A DNA stretch of 64,000 nt from assembly GCF_009914755.1 (NCBI RefSeq), contig NC_060925.1; one strand, given 5' to 3'. The notes beneath the pieces were generated by a model. The model ran no database searches, was not told the DNA's origin, and saw only the letters and a list, made by a program, of their open reading frames with translations. Within the stretch, counting starts at the first letter, position 1. Every line of letters begins with the position of its first letter. Shown here one piece after another: positions 63,831-64,000 of the stretch. Source of the DNA: the human T2T-CHM13v2.0 reference genome, Homo sapiens. The translations under genes and the position numbers were made by a program.

Positions 63831-64000
63831 AATCACTGAGTCTGGTTTAATATCACAGGAACCTATTAATTTCATTCATTACAGGAGCAAATTAAAAGAT
63901 GTTCAAAAAGGAATCCCATGAATGTAAGTTGAACAGGCACAGAGGGAATTACATAATGGTCCACAAAACCTAAGAAGGCATGACTCTAAACGGAGACTCA

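Overview
Human-type genomic DNA (Alu-rich, AT-rich introns) containing the 3' portion of AHCTF1 (nucleoporin ELYS/MEL-28) on the minus strand. I assembled 24 coding exons by hand from 63006 down to the stop codon at 8204-8206. All have GT-AG boundaries with consistent phases and total 5178 nt, i.e. 1725 aa plus stop (about residues 542-2266 by remembered numbering). The 3' UTR runs to about 6496 with several poly(A) signals. One intron (54445-55263) is a U12-type minor intron. The 8.2-kb intron 34900-43120 is mostly a Tigger1 transposon carrying nested Alus and a deleted class I endogenous provirus antisense to the gene. The rest is Alu, L1, MIR and MER repeats plus several short tandem repeats. 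Apart from the AHCTF1 exons and two ERV remnants, the supplied ORFs appear to be repeat-derived or spurious. I found no convincing new multi-gene system. The best second-look items are: an inverted Alu pair where unique flanking sequence was copied across the hairpin; a 114-bp element duplicated between two introns next to a hairpin; a pol fragment duplicated into the ERV env; a perfect 72-bp duplication over the LTR TATA-like box; a candidate recursive splice site; and a compositionally odd ~500-bp intronic block. Repeat family names and boundaries are by eye and approximate. Exon and residue numbers rely on memory.
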